Origin: Candidatus Nomurabacteria bacterium
GTDB taxonomy: Bacteria > Patescibacteriota > Saccharimonadia > Saccharimonadales > VXPC01
Assembly (NCBI GenBank): GCA_020631905.1
Contig: JACKGQ010000001.1
Coordinates: forward strand, 613,854 to 677,853
Reading direction: 5' to 3'
Length of the DNA stretch: 64,000 nucleotides
A program made the translations under genes and the position numbers. The notes below the pieces were generated by a model. That model saw only the letters and a list, made by a program, of their open reading frames with translations. It did not search any database and was not told the DNA's origin. This document shows, piece after piece, positions 19,675 to 29,841 of this stretch (the stretch's first letter is position 1; each line of letters begins with the position of its first letter).

Positions 19675-20613
19675 TTAAAGCTCCATCTCCGCAAGTTTAT
19701 CTTTAACTTCGTCTAGTGCTTTACTGCCGAAACCTTTAAGTTCTTTTAACTCAATTTCAGACAGTGTAAACAAGTCTTTTAGAGTATGGATGTCGTTGTT
19801 GATTAAAGCGTTAGTAGTGCGTGCGCTAAAGTTTAGATCTTCAATTGAAACCAAAAGCTCTTCTGGATCTTCGCTACTTGTTTCGACATGTGATTCTTCT
19901 GACTTACTAGCAAAAGACTCACTTGCGACTTCAGTCTGTCCGGCTAATGCTTGGTATTGACTGGCTAAAATTGCTGATGCTTCTTCAAAAGCGTCTTTAG
20001 GTGTGATGGTCGCGTCTGTATCTACGGTAACCATTAGTTTATCAAGATTGGTCATTTGACCAACTCGAGTATTCTCGACATGGTATCGCACCCTTAGAAC
20101 AGGGCTAAAAATTGCGTCTAAAGCAATCATATCTGAAGCTTTACGGGCAGTACTTTCTTCGACACTTTGGTAGCCTCGTCCTGTTTCCACAACCAATTCA
20201 ATCTCGATCGAGTCTTTGGCGCTATCTAAGGTAGCGATTAGGTGGTCTTTATTGACTACCTCAACATCGGCATTTCCTGATATGTCAGCTGCTTTTACCG
20301 GACCAGCACCTTTTTTAGAGAGAGTTATTGTTTGAGGCTCGTCAGAAAATACTTTAAATCGTAAACCTTTAAGATTTAACATGATTTGTACTACATCTTC
20401 TTTTACACCCGGTAGAGTTGTGAACTCGTGTGATGCACCCTTTACCTTGAAAGCAGTCACAGCTGCACCAGAGATACTGGTCAAAAGTACACGCCTAATG
20501 CTGTTACCTAGTGTCATACCATAGCCAGCTAACAAAGGCTCTACAGTGAATGTAGCACTATTACCAGTTTCATCAATATTCGTGATTGATGGTGTATGAA
20601 TTGTTTTAGTCAT
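19675..20613 (-). CDS. rpoA: DNA-directed RNA polymerase alpha subunit
   Basis: It is 312 aa, has an NTD (GYGMTLGNSIRRVLL) and a CTD (LNFSARTTNALINNDIHTLKDL), and sits in the conserved position. Confidence 0.96.
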   Translation of the reverse strand: MTKTIHTPSITNIDETGNSATFTVEPLLAGYGMTLGNSIRRVLLTSISGAAVTAFKVKGASHEFTTLPGVKEDVVQIMLNLKGLRFKVFSDEPQTITLSKKGAGPVKAADISGNADVEVVNKDHLIATLDSAKDSIEIELVVETGRGYQSVEESTARKASDMIALDAIFSPVLRVRYHVENTRVGQMTNLDKLMVTVDTDATITPKDAFEEASAILASQYQALAGQTEVASESFASKSEESHVETSSEDPEELLVSIEDLNFSARTTNALINNDIHTLKDLFTLSEIELKELKGFGSKALDEVKDKLAEMEL

Positions 20614-20633
20614 AATATATACCTCTTACCTTA

Positions 20634-21251
20634 TTATCTCGAGTAAAACTCAACTATTAGCTGTTCTTTAATATCTTCTTCGGCGTCATCCCTGGTAGGT
20701 AAATTTGTAACAGAAAATTTCAAATTTTTTCTGTCTACTTTTATCCAGGCAGGTGTGCTCGATGGCTTAGGACTTACCTCTTCGAAATTCTTGAAATAAC
20801 CACTTTTTGTGCTGTGTGGCCTAACAACAATTTCATCACCAACTTTTAAGCGAACAGATGGTATATCTACTCGTCGGCCGTTCAATGTGAAGTGACCATG
20901 CGTAACTAGCTGTCTAGCGCTTTTACGACTAGTGGCAAACCCTGAGCGGTAAACGGCGTTATCTAAGCGTCTTTCTAGAAAGATAAGTGCCATTTCGCCA
21001 GTTTGGCCACGGTTGCGGCTAGCTTCTTTTAGTAAGTTGCTAAACTGCTTTTCTAGTAATCCATATAAACGACGTACTTTTTGCTTTTCGCGCATTTGAA
21101 CAGAGTACTGGCTACTTGAACTTCTTCGACCACCTGACTGCATTTGTGAGCCTGGTGTTGCTTGTTTGGCAAGATACTTATGAGCTTTTGGATGAAGCGC
21201 ATAGCCTTCTCTACGACTTTGTTTAACAACTGGTGTAAGATCTCTGGCCAT
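20634..21251 (-). CDS. rpsD: 30S ribosomal protein S4
   Basis: YGLLEKQF...RLDN.VYR.GFA.SR..ARQLV.HGH is the S4 pattern. Confidence 0.97.
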   Translation of the reverse strand: MARDLTPVVKQSRREGYALHPKAHKYLAKQATPGSQMQSGGRRSSSSQYSVQMREKQKVRRLYGLLEKQFSNLLKEASRNRGQTGEMALIFLERRLDNAVYRSGFATSRKSARQLVTHGHFTLNGRRVDIPSVRLKVGDEIVVRPHSTKSGYFKNFEEVSPKPSSTPAWIKVDRKNLKFSVTNLPTRDDAEEDIKEQLIVEFYSR

Positions 21252-21253
21252 GT

Positions 21254-21694
21254 CTATCCTTTCCTCGATTTTCTTGGTCTAACTCCGCCATGAGCAACAG
21301 GTGTCTTGTCGGTTATCGACTCAATCGAAATGTCTTGACTCATTAAAGCTCGAGCTGCTGTATCGCGTCCCTGGCCAACGCCCTTTACAAATACGTCCGC
21401 TTTACGTACTCCAAAAATTTGTTTAGCCGTACTGGCTACCTTTTCCGCGGCCACTTGAGCTGCATATGCTGTGCCTTTTTTAGAGCCGCGAAAACCGCAA
21501 GCTCCGGCACTTGTAGCAGCTAAAACTGCTCCGCTTGCATCTGTCAAAGTAACGATAGTATTGTTAAATGAAGCAAATACATGAATTTGCGCGTGCGGTA
21601 CGTTGCGCTTAGTTTTTTTACCACGCTTTGCGGTAGCTGTTACTTCGTTTGTAGTTGCTTCTACTGTAGTGGTTTGTTGTGCAATTTCTTCCAT
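21254..21694 (-). CDS. rpsK: 30S ribosomal protein S11
   Basis: It contains HVFASFNNTIVTLTD...GFRGSKKGT.YAAQ. I chose the start at the internal ATG at 21694 to avoid overlapping rpsM. Confidence 0.93.
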   Translation of the reverse strand: MEEIAQQTTTVEATTNEVTATAKRGKKTKRNVPHAQIHVFASFNNTIVTLTDASGAVLAATSAGACGFRGSKKGTAYAAQVAAEKVASTAKQIFGVRKADVFVKGVGQGRDTAARALMSQDISIESITDKTPVAHGGVRPRKSRKG

Positions 21695-21707
21695 AATATA
21701 TACCCGA

Positions 21708-22094
21708 CTAAGTCTTAGATGGTGCTTTCTTCGTAGTTCCACCAACAGTTACTTTTTTACCACGACGAGTACGAGCGTTGGTTTTGGTTCGCTGACCCCG
21801 ACTAGGCAAATTACGTGCGTGACGATCTCCTCGATAAGACTTGATGTCGCGCAACCTTTTAATATTTCCGACTACTACTCGTTGGAGTTCACCTTCAACA
21901 GTGTAGTTGGTGTTAATAACTTCTTGGATACGGCTAATCTCGTCATCAGTTAAATTCTTAACTCGAGTAGTTCGCTCCACCTTGGCGGTTTCCAAGATAT
22001 CATTGCTATGCTTTTGACCAATTCCGTAAACATAAGTAAGCGCGATATGCACTTGCTTCTCTGTTGGAATAGTCACGCCACTTATTCGTGCCAT
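21708..22094 (-). CDS. rpsM: 30S ribosomal protein S13
   Basis: [22 protein letters not shown] is the S13 N-terminus. Confidence 0.97.
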   Translation of the reverse strand: MARISGVTIPTEKQVHIALTYVYGIGQKHSNDILETAKVERTTRVKNLTDDEISRIQEVINTNYTVEGELQRVVVGNIKRLRDIKSYRGDRHARNLPSRGQRTKTNARTRRGKKVTVGGTTKKAPSKT

Positions 22095-22211
22095 TTAGCC
22101 CTGCCTTTGTTTGTGGCGAGGCTTTTTCTTATTGATCACATAAACCTTACCCTTACGACGCACAATAATGTCGTCCGGGGAGATCTTTTTAACGCTTGCG
22201 CGTACTTTCAT
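22095..22211 (-). CDS. rpmJ: 50S ribosomal protein L36 (Cys-free form)
   Basis: This gene is not in the ORF track because it is under 60 aa. My hand translation is [38 protein letters not shown]. Its stop abuts the rpsM start. Confidence 0.9.
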   Translation of the reverse strand: MKVRASVKKISPDDIIVRRKGKVYVINKKKPRHKQRQG

Positions 22212-22234
22212 GAGACCAGCCTCCTTGTTATTTA

Positions 22235-22453
22235 CTAAATGCGGAAAGTTACGCGACCCTGCGAGAGATCATACATGGTCATCTCTACTTTCACGCGGTC
22301 ACCCGGTACCAAGCGAATGTAATTCTTGCGCATTCTGCCTGATATCGTGCAACGTATCTGATGTCCATTTTCAAGTTCGACTATGAACTTGGTGCCGGGT
22401 AGGCACTCGACAATTTTGCCTTCAAGCTCAATAACTTCCTTGTTTTTAGACAT
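22235..22453 (-). CDS. infA: translation initiation factor IF-1
   Basis: [18 protein letters not shown]...F.VELENGH.I...ISG+MR.N.IR..PGD.V is the IF-1 pattern. Confidence 0.97.
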   Translation of the reverse strand: MSKNKEVIELEGKIVECLPGTKFIVELENGHQIRCTISGRMRKNYIRLVPGDRVKVEMTMYDLSQGRVTFRI

Positions 22454-22484
22454 AAGACTAACAGATGGCGATTATACAAAACTA

Positions 22485-24011
22485 TTACTTCTTTGTAAAG
22501 AGTTTTTTAGTAAAACTACCGAAGTTTTTACTAGTTTTGGTAGTTTCATCATTTTTTTCTGTTGGTCCTAGATTACGATCGTAGTCATCATAAGTTAGCA
22601 TTAATGCCTTTGATTCAAGCTGTCGCATGGTTTCAAGGGCTACAGCAACCAAGATTAGTATGCTTGTACCACCAATCGCTAGCTTGCTCGTACCGATTAA
22701 TCCTTGAGCGATTATAGGTGTTAGGGCCAAGAATCCTAGGCTCATAGCGCCAAACAGGTTTAATCTGTTAACTAACTTTGAAAGATACTTCTCGGTGTCT
22801 TTACCTGGACGTATATCGGCTATAAATCCACCTTGTCTTTGCAACTGCTCAGAAATTTCTTTTGCGTTAAACACAATGTTTGTATAGAAATAAGTGAATA
22901 CCATCACAAGCAACAGATATGTTAACGGATAAATATAGGTGTTGAAGGCCGTCCAATCAGCTACTCCAGTTGCTGTAGCTGAACCTGGTGTACTAAACCA
23001 TTCAACTAATTTATGACCTACCGACTGCCAATGGGTGAGGCTCAGATCAGTGGCTAGTGTCGAGCCTACCAATAAACGACCAACCAGCTGTGGAACAGAA
23101 AGAAACGCAACCGCAAAAATTATCGGAATCACGCCAGCAGTAACTAGTTTTACTGGTAGTACTGTTGAAACATCACCGTATGTACGGTTTCCTTGAATCT
23201 TTTTTGCATACGAGATCTTAACCGGACGCTGCGCTTCGTTTAGATACACAACAAAAATAGTAATTAGCAGGGTTGAAATCACGACCCCAAGTGTTATTAA
23301 TAGCCAGGTGCCGTTGATCGGGAGATCGAATAGTCCAAAAATACTGTAAGAAGCAGATTTATCAATAAGCTCTTTAAACAATGTACTGAAGATGAAAGGT
23401 AGTTGACTGACAATTCCGACAGTAATCAACAAGCTGATGCCATTACCGATACTCTTCTCGGTGATAAGTTCTCCAAGCCACATGAGTACCATGGCTCCAC
23501 CAGTCAGGGCACTTATCATTAGAACCCATTGCGACATGCTAGCTTGAGCGATTACGTCACCAAAGCCTCCGGCATTCCCAGCTACTTGGCGTACCAAATA
23601 TATAGCTCCAATAGATTGAATGATTGCTAATGGAAAAGTTAAAATACGGGTGTATTGGTTAATCTTACGTCTACCAAACTCGCCTTCTTTCTGGAGATTC
23701 TCTAACTTCGGTATAGCTTTGCCTAATACCTGCATGATTATCGATGCATTTATATAAGGCCCGAGACCGACAAGCATAATCGATAAACTAGCCAGTGCAC
23801 CACCAGATAAGACGTTCAGAAAGCTTAACAGCTGGGGTGCGTTTTGGTCATTGAGAAGGTTATTAAGAATCTGTTTTAATTGAACTGGCTCTGCTAGAGG
23901 AATCGGCACATGAGCTAGGATTCTAAATACAATCATCATACCGATAACCGCAAAAATCCTTTTGCGCATATCAGCATTCTTAAATCCGCGTGCGAGCAGT
24001 TTCCAGTTCAA
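22485..24011 (-). CDS. secY: preprotein translocase subunit SecY (with polar C-terminal extension)
   Basis: It is a 508-aa 10-TM protein in the conserved position after rplO, with the motif GLGPYINASIIMQ. Confidence 0.95.
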   Translation of the reverse strand: MNWKLLARGFKNADMRKRIFAVIGMMIVFRILAHVPIPLAEPVQLKQILNNLLNDQNAPQLLSFLNVLSGGALASLSIMLVGLGPYINASIIMQVLGKAIPKLENLQKEGEFGRRKINQYTRILTFPLAIIQSIGAIYLVRQVAGNAGGFGDVIAQASMSQWVLMISALTGGAMVLMWLGELITEKSIGNGISLLITVGIVSQLPFIFSTLFKELIDKSASYSIFGLFDLPINGTWLLITLGVVISTLLITIFVVYLNEAQRPVKISYAKKIQGNRTYGDVSTVLPVKLVTAGVIPIIFAVAFLSVPQLVGRLLVGSTLATDLSLTHWQSVGHKLVEWFSTPGSATATGVADWTAFNTYIYPLTYLLLVMVFTYFYTNIVFNAKEISEQLQRQGGFIADIRPGKDTEKYLSKLVNRLNLFGAMSLGFLALTPIIAQGLIGTSKLAIGGTSILILVAVALETMRQLESKALMLTYDDYDRNLGPTEKNDETTKTSKNFGSFTKKLFTKK

Positions 24012-24061
24012 AATTTTACCCTCTTAAATCCTTAAATTTGGCAATTTACAGTAGTATACTA

Positions 24062-24538
24062 CTATTTGTCATTTTTTGACGAGTTTTTCTTTGGGCGTTG
24101 CAATTTTGCAGTCCGTACAAAGCTTCCTCCAGCAGATTGAACCATAGCTAGAGCGCTAGCACTAATTGCGGAGATCTCTAAAGTTTTGGCTGTCTTTAAT
24201 TCACCCTTTACTACTAGTTTTACTGTATGGTAAGCATCTTTAATCAAGCCAGCGTCAGCTAGGACAGTCGAATTGATTTTCTGTGACTTAATAGCATCTA
24301 GTTGGCCAGTGTAAATCGTATAAGCTAGCGGTCGGTGACTCTTAAAACCGCGCAATTTTGGTAAACGCTGGATAAGTGGGTTCTGTCCACCTTCAAATCC
24401 AGGACGAATATTCCCACCAGTTCGGGCTTTTTGACCTTTTGTGCCACGACCAGCAGTTTTACCTTTACCTGCCGAAATCCCTCGGCCAACTCTCGTTGGC
24501 TGTTTACGTGCTTCTATATTTAGCTCATTGAATTTCAT
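24062..24538 (-). CDS. rplO: 50S ribosomal protein L15
   Basis: RVGRGISAGKGKTAGRGTKGQKAR is the L15 signature. Its ATG overlaps the rpsE stop as TAATG. Confidence 0.97.
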   Translation of the reverse strand: MKFNELNIEARKQPTRVGRGISAGKGKTAGRGTKGQKARTGGNIRPGFEGGQNPLIQRLPKLRGFKSHRPLAYTIYTGQLDAIKSQKINSTVLADAGLIKDAYHTVKLVVKGELKTAKTLEISAISASALAMVQSAGGSFVRTAKLQRPKKNSSKNDK

Positions 24539-25056
24539 TATTTAGTCTCCTTTTTTGGAGTCGATTTAGAACTAGCGGTAACCCATTTATTTTCAGGCAC
24601 AAGACTTTGCAATGCCTCGATACATGCATAGGACGCGTTGGTCTTGTTGTTGTTACCGAGAGACTTAGTGACTGCGTTTGCTACACCTAGGGCGTCTAAA
24701 ATCTCACGTACAACACTTCCGGCTATAAGACCAGTACCTTCTGGTGCGGGTTTGATTAAAATCTTAGCGCCGCCGACCTTAGCTTGTACTTCGTGTGGTA
24801 AAGTTGTGCCTTTCAGTGACACTTTAATCATATTTTTCCGAGCAATTGCGACAGCTTTTGTGATTGCAGAAGTAACATCGGCGCCTTTGGCACTCCCAAC
24901 TCCTACGCTACCTTGCTTATCGCCAAGACATACTAAAGCCCGGAAACGGAAACGTCGTCCACCCTTAACAACTCTTGCGACTCGATCAACAGCCAATACT
25001 CTTTGATCCATATTTTGAGTGTCGTCGTTCAATTGTGCTTGTTTGTGTGAATCCAT
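24538..25056 (-). CDS. rpsE: 30S ribosomal protein S5
   Basis: It contains V.RV.KVVKGGRRFRF.ALV.G. The start is at the internal ATG at 25056, which has a GGAG Shine-Dalgarno. Confidence 0.95.
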   Translation of the reverse strand: MDSHKQAQLNDDTQNMDQRVLAVDRVARVVKGGRRFRFRALVCLGDKQGSVGVGSAKGADVTSAITKAVAIARKNMIKVSLKGTTLPHEVQAKVGGAKILIKPAPEGTGLIAGSVVREILDALGVANAVTKSLGNNNKTNASYACIEALQSLVPENKWVTASSKSTPKKETK

Positions 25057-25057
25057 C

Positions 25058-25408
25058 TTAAAACTCCAGTCCTTTCTGGCGTGCGGCATCGGCTAATGCT
25101 TTTACTCGACCATGGTATTTTTTGTTGCCACGATCAAAAGCGACTAATTTAAGCTTAAGTTTGGTGGCGGCTATTGCAATCGTTTCACCAACTTGGGCAG
25201 CTTTTTCTGTCATATTACCATTTTTAATTTTCAACGAATTCGCACTTACCAATGTTTTATGCGTGGTATCGTCAATAATCTGGGCATAGACATTTGTATT
25301 GCTGATATGGACGCTCAATCTTGGGCGATCGCTGACAGTCTTGAGTGTTGTACGCGTACGCTTTGAACGGCTGATCTTATTTTTTGATATATTAGATAAT
25401 CTCGACAT
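25058..25408 (-). CDS. rplR: 50S ribosomal protein L18
   Basis: RPRLSVH.SN..VYAQIIDD......FDRG...YHGRVKALADAAR..GL.F is the L18 pattern. Confidence 0.97.
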   Translation of the reverse strand: MSRLSNISKNKISRSKRTRTTLKTVSDRPRLSVHISNTNVYAQIIDDTTHKTLVSANSLKIKNGNMTEKAAQVGETIAIAATKLKLKLVAFDRGNKKYHGRVKALADAARQKGLEF

Positions 25409-25411
25409 GAT

Positions 25412-25951
25412 CTAAGCTTCCTTTCCGCTCTTGCCAGCTTTACGAATTATATATTCACCGGTGTACCGTATGCCCTTACCTTTGTATGGTTCTGGCTTCT
25501 TCAATGCTCTAATTTCTGAGGCAATCTGACCGACTTTCTGTTTATCAATGCCACTCACTAAAATAGTATTTTGTTCAACCGTTGCCTGAACACCTTCTGG
25601 CAATTTATAGACAACTTCATGGCTAAAACCTAAGTTTAATTTTAAGTCTGATCCATTTAAGGCTACTTTAAAACCAACTCCGTGGATCTCTAACTTTTTG
25701 CCAAAGCCTTGTGTAACACCAATTACCATGTTTGATATTAGGCTACGCATTAAGCCATGCTTAGCTCTTAGCTCTTTAACATCAGATTCTCGACTAACTA
25801 GTAGCTCGTTGTCTGATTGACTAACTGTTATTCCCGGCATTGTAAACTGCTTTAATTCACCTTTTGGTCCTTTAACAGTTACAAAGGCCTCGTCGACAGT
25901 GATTGTCACTCCCGATGGGATTTGGATGGGTTGTTTTCCTATTCGACTCAT
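25412..25951 (-). CDS. rplF: 50S ribosomal protein L6
   Basis: It has MSRIGKQPI.IP.GV...V and a C-terminal EPYKGKGIRY. Confidence 0.97.
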   Translation of the reverse strand: MSRIGKQPIQIPSGVTITVDEAFVTVKGPKGELKQFTMPGITVSQSDNELLVSRESDVKELRAKHGLMRSLISNMVIGVTQGFGKKLEIHGVGFKVALNGSDLKLNLGFSHEVVYKLPEGVQATVEQNTILVSGIDKQKVGQIASEIRALKKPEPYKGKGIRYTGEYIIRKAGKSGKEA

Positions 25952-25969
25952 ACCTTTCTCCTTATTACT

Positions 25970-26365
25970 CTAATAAACGCTGCAGAGAACTTCTCCGCCA
26001 ACTTTTTGTTGCTTAGCTTCGTCTCCGGTCATTATGCCTCGACTTGTTGAAACTAGGACTATGCCACGTCCGTTCTTAATTACTGGCACCTCTTTGGTGC
26101 TAGCATAGACTCGGCTCCCCGGTCGACTCAGTCGCTTAATTTCAGTTATTCGAGGTCGTTCTAGTTCGGCGTGCATTAGAATGTGTATTTGCTTAGTTTT
26201 ACCTTCGCCGCTGACACTAACACTATCTACAAAATTCTTGTTTTTAAGAATGTTGGCAATCTGCTCTTTGATTTTGGAATATGGCACATCTAGCTCGTTT
26301 TTGTTTACCAGCATGGCATTTCGGATACGCGACAACATGTCGGCGATTGGATCTGTACTATACAT
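25970..26365 (-). CDS. rpsH: 30S ribosomal protein S8
   Basis: DPIADMLSRIRNA is the S8 N-terminus. Confidence 0.97.
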   Translation of the reverse strand: MYSTDPIADMLSRIRNAMLVNKNELDVPYSKIKEQIANILKNKNFVDSVSVSGEGKTKQIHILMHAELERPRITEIKRLSRPGSRVYASTKEVPVIKNGRGIVLVSTSRGIMTGDEAKQQKVGGEVLCSVY

Positions 26366-26380
26366 CTATATTCTCCTTTC

Positions 26381-26650
26381 CTACCAGCTGGCCTTAGTTA
26401 CGCCAGGGATATTACCTTTACTTGCTTGCTCACGGAAACAGACTCGGCAAAGCCCGAAATCACGCATATATGATCTTGGACGTCCACACATGTTACAGCG
26501 ATTCTTGTGTCGTGTGACACTTGCCTTACGTGGCAAGTTGTGTAGACCATCGAGGTCACCCAAATTCTTTAACTCGTTGCGTTTTGCAGAAGTTTTCATT
26601 TTTGCGATGTTTCGTTTTTTATCGCGTGCAATCATCGATTTCTTAGCCAT
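26381..26650 (-). CDS. rpsN: 30S ribosomal protein S14 (contains CxxC...CxxC)
   Basis: It has [13 protein letters not shown] and a C-terminal [23 protein letters not shown]...W. Confidence 0.95.
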   Translation of the reverse strand: MAKKSMIARDKKRNIAKMKTSAKRNELKNLGDLDGLHNLPRKASVTRHKNRCNMCGRPRSYMRDFGLCRVCFREQASKGNIPGVTKASW

Positions 26651-27228
26651 TACTTATCTCCTTCTGATCGTTCAAACGGTACACCAAACTCTTTGAGTAA
26701 AGCTTTGCTATGTTCTTTGTTCTCGCACTTTACAACGATGGTTATTTGCAAACCATGAGCGACAGCAGTTTCTTCATAGCTTAGTTCTGGGAAAACTGCT
26801 TGTTCTTTAAGACCAAAGCTATAATTACCGTTTTTATCAAAAGCTTTTAAGCTAATTCCGTGAAAATCACGGAGTCTTGGTAAAACGATATTGACTATCC
26901 TATCGAGGAATTCATACATCCGATCGCCACGCAATGTGACCATAATCCCAACCTTATTGCCTTCACGCAACTTAAAGCTTGCAATCGACATCTTGGCTGC
27001 AGTTACTACCGGTTGTTGTCCTGTTATTTTGCGAAGTGTGTTTTCGGCTACTTCAAACATACGTTTATCGTCTTTAGCTTTGCCTAAACCGATATTTAAA
27101 ACTATCTTTTCAAGTTTTGGAACTTGATTAATATTAGCTAGATCGAGATCTTTCTGTAACTTTGCGCGTAAAGATTTTGCATATTCAGCTTTGAGCCTAG
27201 GCACAAAGACTGTCGTTTTGTCAGACAT
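26650..27228 (-). CDS. rplE: 50S ribosomal protein L5
   Basis: It shows the L5 pattern ([33 protein letters not shown]) in the conserved position. Confidence 0.97.
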   Translation of the reverse strand: MSDKTTVFVPRLKAEYAKSLRAKLQKDLDLANINQVPKLEKIVLNIGLGKAKDDKRMFEVAENTLRKITGQQPVVTAAKMSIASFKLREGNKVGIMVTLRGDRMYEFLDRIVNIVLPRLRDFHGISLKAFDKNGNYSFGLKEQAVFPELSYEETAVAHGLQITIVVKCENKEHSKALLKEFGVPFERSEGDK

Positions 27229-27557
27229 TACTTGATCTCCTTTCCACTAGCTTTATAGATCCGAGACTTCTTACCGTCTTTGTCTAGTTTATAGCCAATC
27301 CTTGTTGGCTTCTTTGTGGTTGGGTCGATAACGGCAACTTTACTTACCCAAATCGGTGAAGTACTTTCAATGATCCCGCCTTGTGGGTGTACCTTCGAAG
27401 GTTTTGTATGACGTTTAACAAGGTTAACGCCTTCAACGGTTACTTTATTTAGTTGAGGGTGAGTTGCTAGCACTACACCAGTCTTACCCTTATCTCGGCC
27501 TGTAGTAACCACTACTGTGTCACCTTTTTTAACGCGAATTTTATATATTCCAGACAT
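27228..27557 (-). CDS. rplX: 50S ribosomal protein L24
   Basis: The KOW motif [17 protein letters not shown] is present. Confidence 0.96.
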   Translation of the reverse strand: MSGIYKIRVKKGDTVVVTTGRDKGKTGVVLATHPQLNKVTVEGVNLVKRHTKPSKVHPQGGIIESTSPIWVSKVAVIDPTTKKPTRIGYKLDKDGKKSRIYKASGKEIK

Positions 27558-27925
27558 TATAGTACCTCCGGTGCTAAGCTGACGATTTTGCTATAGCCTA
27601 AATCGCGAAGCTCACGAGGTACTGGTCCAAAAATTCGAGTTGCTCGTGGTTCTTTATCATCGTTAATAATTACGGCTGCGTTGTCATCGAAGGCTATCGT
27701 ACTGCCATCTTTGCGTCGAATTTGATCGCGACTACGAACAACTACAGCTCGAACTACCGATTTTTTCTTAATCGCACCCGTCGGACTGGCCTGTTTAACA
27801 CTAGCCACGATAATATCACCGACTCTGGCGTATCTTTTGCGGGTACCACCAAGCACTCGTATGCACGAGATTACTTTTGCGCCGCTGTTATCGGCTACTT
27901 TCAAATAAGATTCCTGCTGAACCAT
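27557..27925 (-). CDS. rplN: 50S ribosomal protein L14
   Basis: [15 protein letters not shown] is the L14 N-terminus. Length is 122 aa. Confidence 0.98.
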   Translation of the reverse strand: MVQQESYLKVADNSGAKVISCIRVLGGTRKRYARVGDIIVASVKQASPTGAIKKKSVVRAVVVRSRDQIRRKDGSTIAFDDNAAVIINDDKEPRATRIFGPVPRELRDLGYSKIVSLAPEVL

Positions 27926-27926
27926 C

Positions 27927-28205
27927 TTATGCCTCCTCAGCTTCCAATGGTGCGTCTTGATGCTTCATTTCGGCTTGACCAACAATTTTATCTAGTTTCC
28001 AGGTTTTCTGCTTAGATACAGGACGGGTTTCACTAATAATTACGATATCGCCGATTTTGGCCTGGTTCTTTTCATCATGGGCAGCATATTTTTTGGTTGT
28101 TGTGTAGCGTTTCTTGTATAGCGGATGATTCTTGCTAGTCGCCACATTAACAATAATAGTTTTGTTATTTACATCTGATACAACTGTTCCTTGTAACGTT
28201 TTCAT
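27927..28205 (-). CDS. rpsQ: 30S ribosomal protein S17
   Basis: Translation [21 protein letters not shown] starts at the ATG at 28205, which has an AAAGGAG Shine-Dalgarno. The upstream extension to 28220 would overlap rpmC. Confidence 0.94.
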   Translation of the reverse strand: MKTLQGTVVSDVNNKTIIVNVATSKNHPLYKKRYTTTKKYAAHDEKNQAKIGDIVIISETRPVSKQKTWKLDKIVGQAEMKHQDAPLEAEEA

Positions 28206-28206
28206 A

Positions 28207-28416
28207 TTAGCTCCTTTCACCCTTTTGCTTATTAATTTCTGTCATTAATCTGGCAATTTGTTTACGCGTTGCTCGGGCAGCTTTCATATTTGTAGCTGTG
28301 CCTGATTTCTGACTGCGAATCTGCTCGTTCAAAGTTTTTCTTAATTCTAAGAGTTGGCTTTGGCTATCTTTAGCGACAGGTTCAGTAGTTTTAGTGGTAG
28401 ATTTTTTGTCAGCCAT
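28207..28416 (-). CDS. rpmC: 50S ribosomal protein L29
   Basis: It is a 69-aa helical protein between rplP and rpsQ, with a L.ELR..L.E pattern. Confidence 0.92.
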   Translation of the reverse strand: MADKKSTTKTTEPVAKDSQSQLLELRKTLNEQIRSQKSGTATNMKAARATRKQIARLMTEINKQKGERS

Positions 28417-28829
28417 TAGAACTTCTCCTTTTCGATAACTTTTGTCCGAACAGGCAATTTATGTGCTGCTAGACGTAGGGCTTCGCGAGCAATTTCCTCT
28501 GTCACGCCATCGATTTCAAACATTACCGTGCCGGGACGGACCCTAGCAGCGTAGTACTCTGGAGAACCTTTACCCTTACCCATCTTTAAGCCGATTGGCT
28601 TTTGGGTTACAGGCAAGTGCGGAAAAATCCGAATCCAGATCTTACCACCACGTTTGGTATAGCGAGTCATTGCTTGTCTAGAAGCTTCGATCTGACGACT
28701 CGTAATCCTTGCAGCGTCTTGGGACTGGAGTCCATAACTACCGAAGGATACAGCGTTACCGCGTCGAGCTTTGCCATGAATACGGCCCTTAAAAGCCTTG
28801 CGGTACTTCATTTTATTAGGAAGTAACAT
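28416..28829 (-). CDS. rplP: 50S ribosomal protein L16
   Basis: Translation [16 protein letters not shown] starts at the ATG at 28829, which forms a TAATG overlap with the rpsC stop. Confidence 0.95.
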   Translation of the reverse strand: MLLPNKMKYRKAFKGRIHGKARRGNAVSFGSYGLQSQDAARITSRQIEASRQAMTRYTKRGGKIWIRIFPHLPVTQKPIGLKMGKGKGSPEYYAARVRPGTVMFEIDGVTEEIAREALRLAAHKLPVRTKVIEKEKF

Positions 28830-29461
28830 TAGCGCACCTCCCCTTTGTATATCCAAACCTTGACGCCGATAATGCCACTACCTGGGTAATAAGCCCTGGC
28901 ATAGCCGTAATCGACATCAGCTCGTAGAGTGTGCAAAGGTACTGAACCAGCAATTTCTTTTTCGCGACGCGACATTTCGGCTCCACCTAGACGACCGGCA
29001 ACTTCGATGCGTACACCCTTAGCTCCGGCGCGCATGCTAGCAGCTGCAGTACTTTTAATCGCTCGTCTAAAAGATATACGGCGTTCCATCTGGTTTGCAA
29101 TGTTCTCGGCTTGAAGCTGAGCGTAAAGCTCTGGTTTCTTAATCTCTTCAATGTTGATTTTGACTGGTACACCATAAATCTTGGCCAGCTCTTTGTTGAG
29201 CTCTTGAACACCAGATCCACCGCGACCAATAACCACACCGGCTCGACCTGTGTAAATAGTGAATACGATTTGGCTAGCAGATCGTTCAATATTGATACGA
29301 TTAATACTGGCCCGGATGCCTAGCTTTTTACTAATCATCTCTCGAGCCTTCAAGTCTTGCTCTAGATAACTTGCAAAATCGCGTTTGTTAACAAACCATT
29401 TGCTTCGCCAGTCTTTGCTAACCTGAAGACGCATGCTAATAGGATTTACTTTTTGACCCAT
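28829..29461 (-). CDS. rpsC: 30S ribosomal protein S3
   Basis: [10 protein letters not shown] is followed by a KH domain (GVVIGRGG). Confidence 0.97.
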   Translation of the reverse strand: MGQKVNPISMRLQVSKDWRSKWFVNKRDFASYLEQDLKAREMISKKLGIRASINRINIERSASQIVFTIYTGRAGVVIGRGGSGVQELNKELAKIYGVPVKINIEEIKKPELYAQLQAENIANQMERRISFRRAIKSTAAASMRAGAKGVRIEVAGRLGGAEMSRREKEIAGSVPLHTLRADVDYGYARAYYPGSGIIGVKVWIYKGEVR

Positions 29462-29838
29462 TATTTTGCCTCCTTCTTAGTGGTAGCAGGCTTCTTAGCT
29501 GGTCGCTGCTCACCATTTACAATTACATAAACGTTGCTACTTCTGCGAATAAACGGTAGGGCTCGTCCGTGAGCTGCTGGTCGATAACGTTTGAATCTAG
29601 CACCAGCATTAACAAAGATTTGCTCAATATATAAACCATCTTCTTTGAAATTATGGTTCTTGATAGCGTTGGCTTTAGCGCTAGCAACTGTTTTTCGAAC
29701 AGGTTGAGCGGCTCGACGAGGGACGTGGTCTAAAATTACTAAAGCTTCGGCGACAGTCCGACCGCGTACAAGCGCAGCAACTTCGTTAACTTTACGAGGA
29801 CTCATCCGAACATTTTTGGCAATTGCTTTAACACTCAT
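29461..29838 (-). CDS. rplV: 50S ribosomal protein L22
   Basis: It contains A..VRMSPRKV..VA.LVRG and sits in the conserved position. Confidence 0.96.
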   Translation of the reverse strand: MSVKAIAKNVRMSPRKVNEVAALVRGRTVAEALVILDHVPRRAAQPVRKTVASAKANAIKNHNFKEDGLYIEQIFVNAGARFKRYRPAAHGRALPFIRRSSNVYVIVNGEQRPAKKPATTKKEAK

Positions 29839-29841
29839 AAT

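Noticed and set aside
26181-26696. A 171-aa plus-strand ORF overlaps rpsH and rpsN, and similar plus-strand ORFs occur across the r-protein operon and rpoB/rpoC.
   Set aside because: They are antisense to unmistakable ribosomal or RNAP genes. They lack a Shine-Dalgarno and have an implausible, Cys/Phe/Leu-rich composition.
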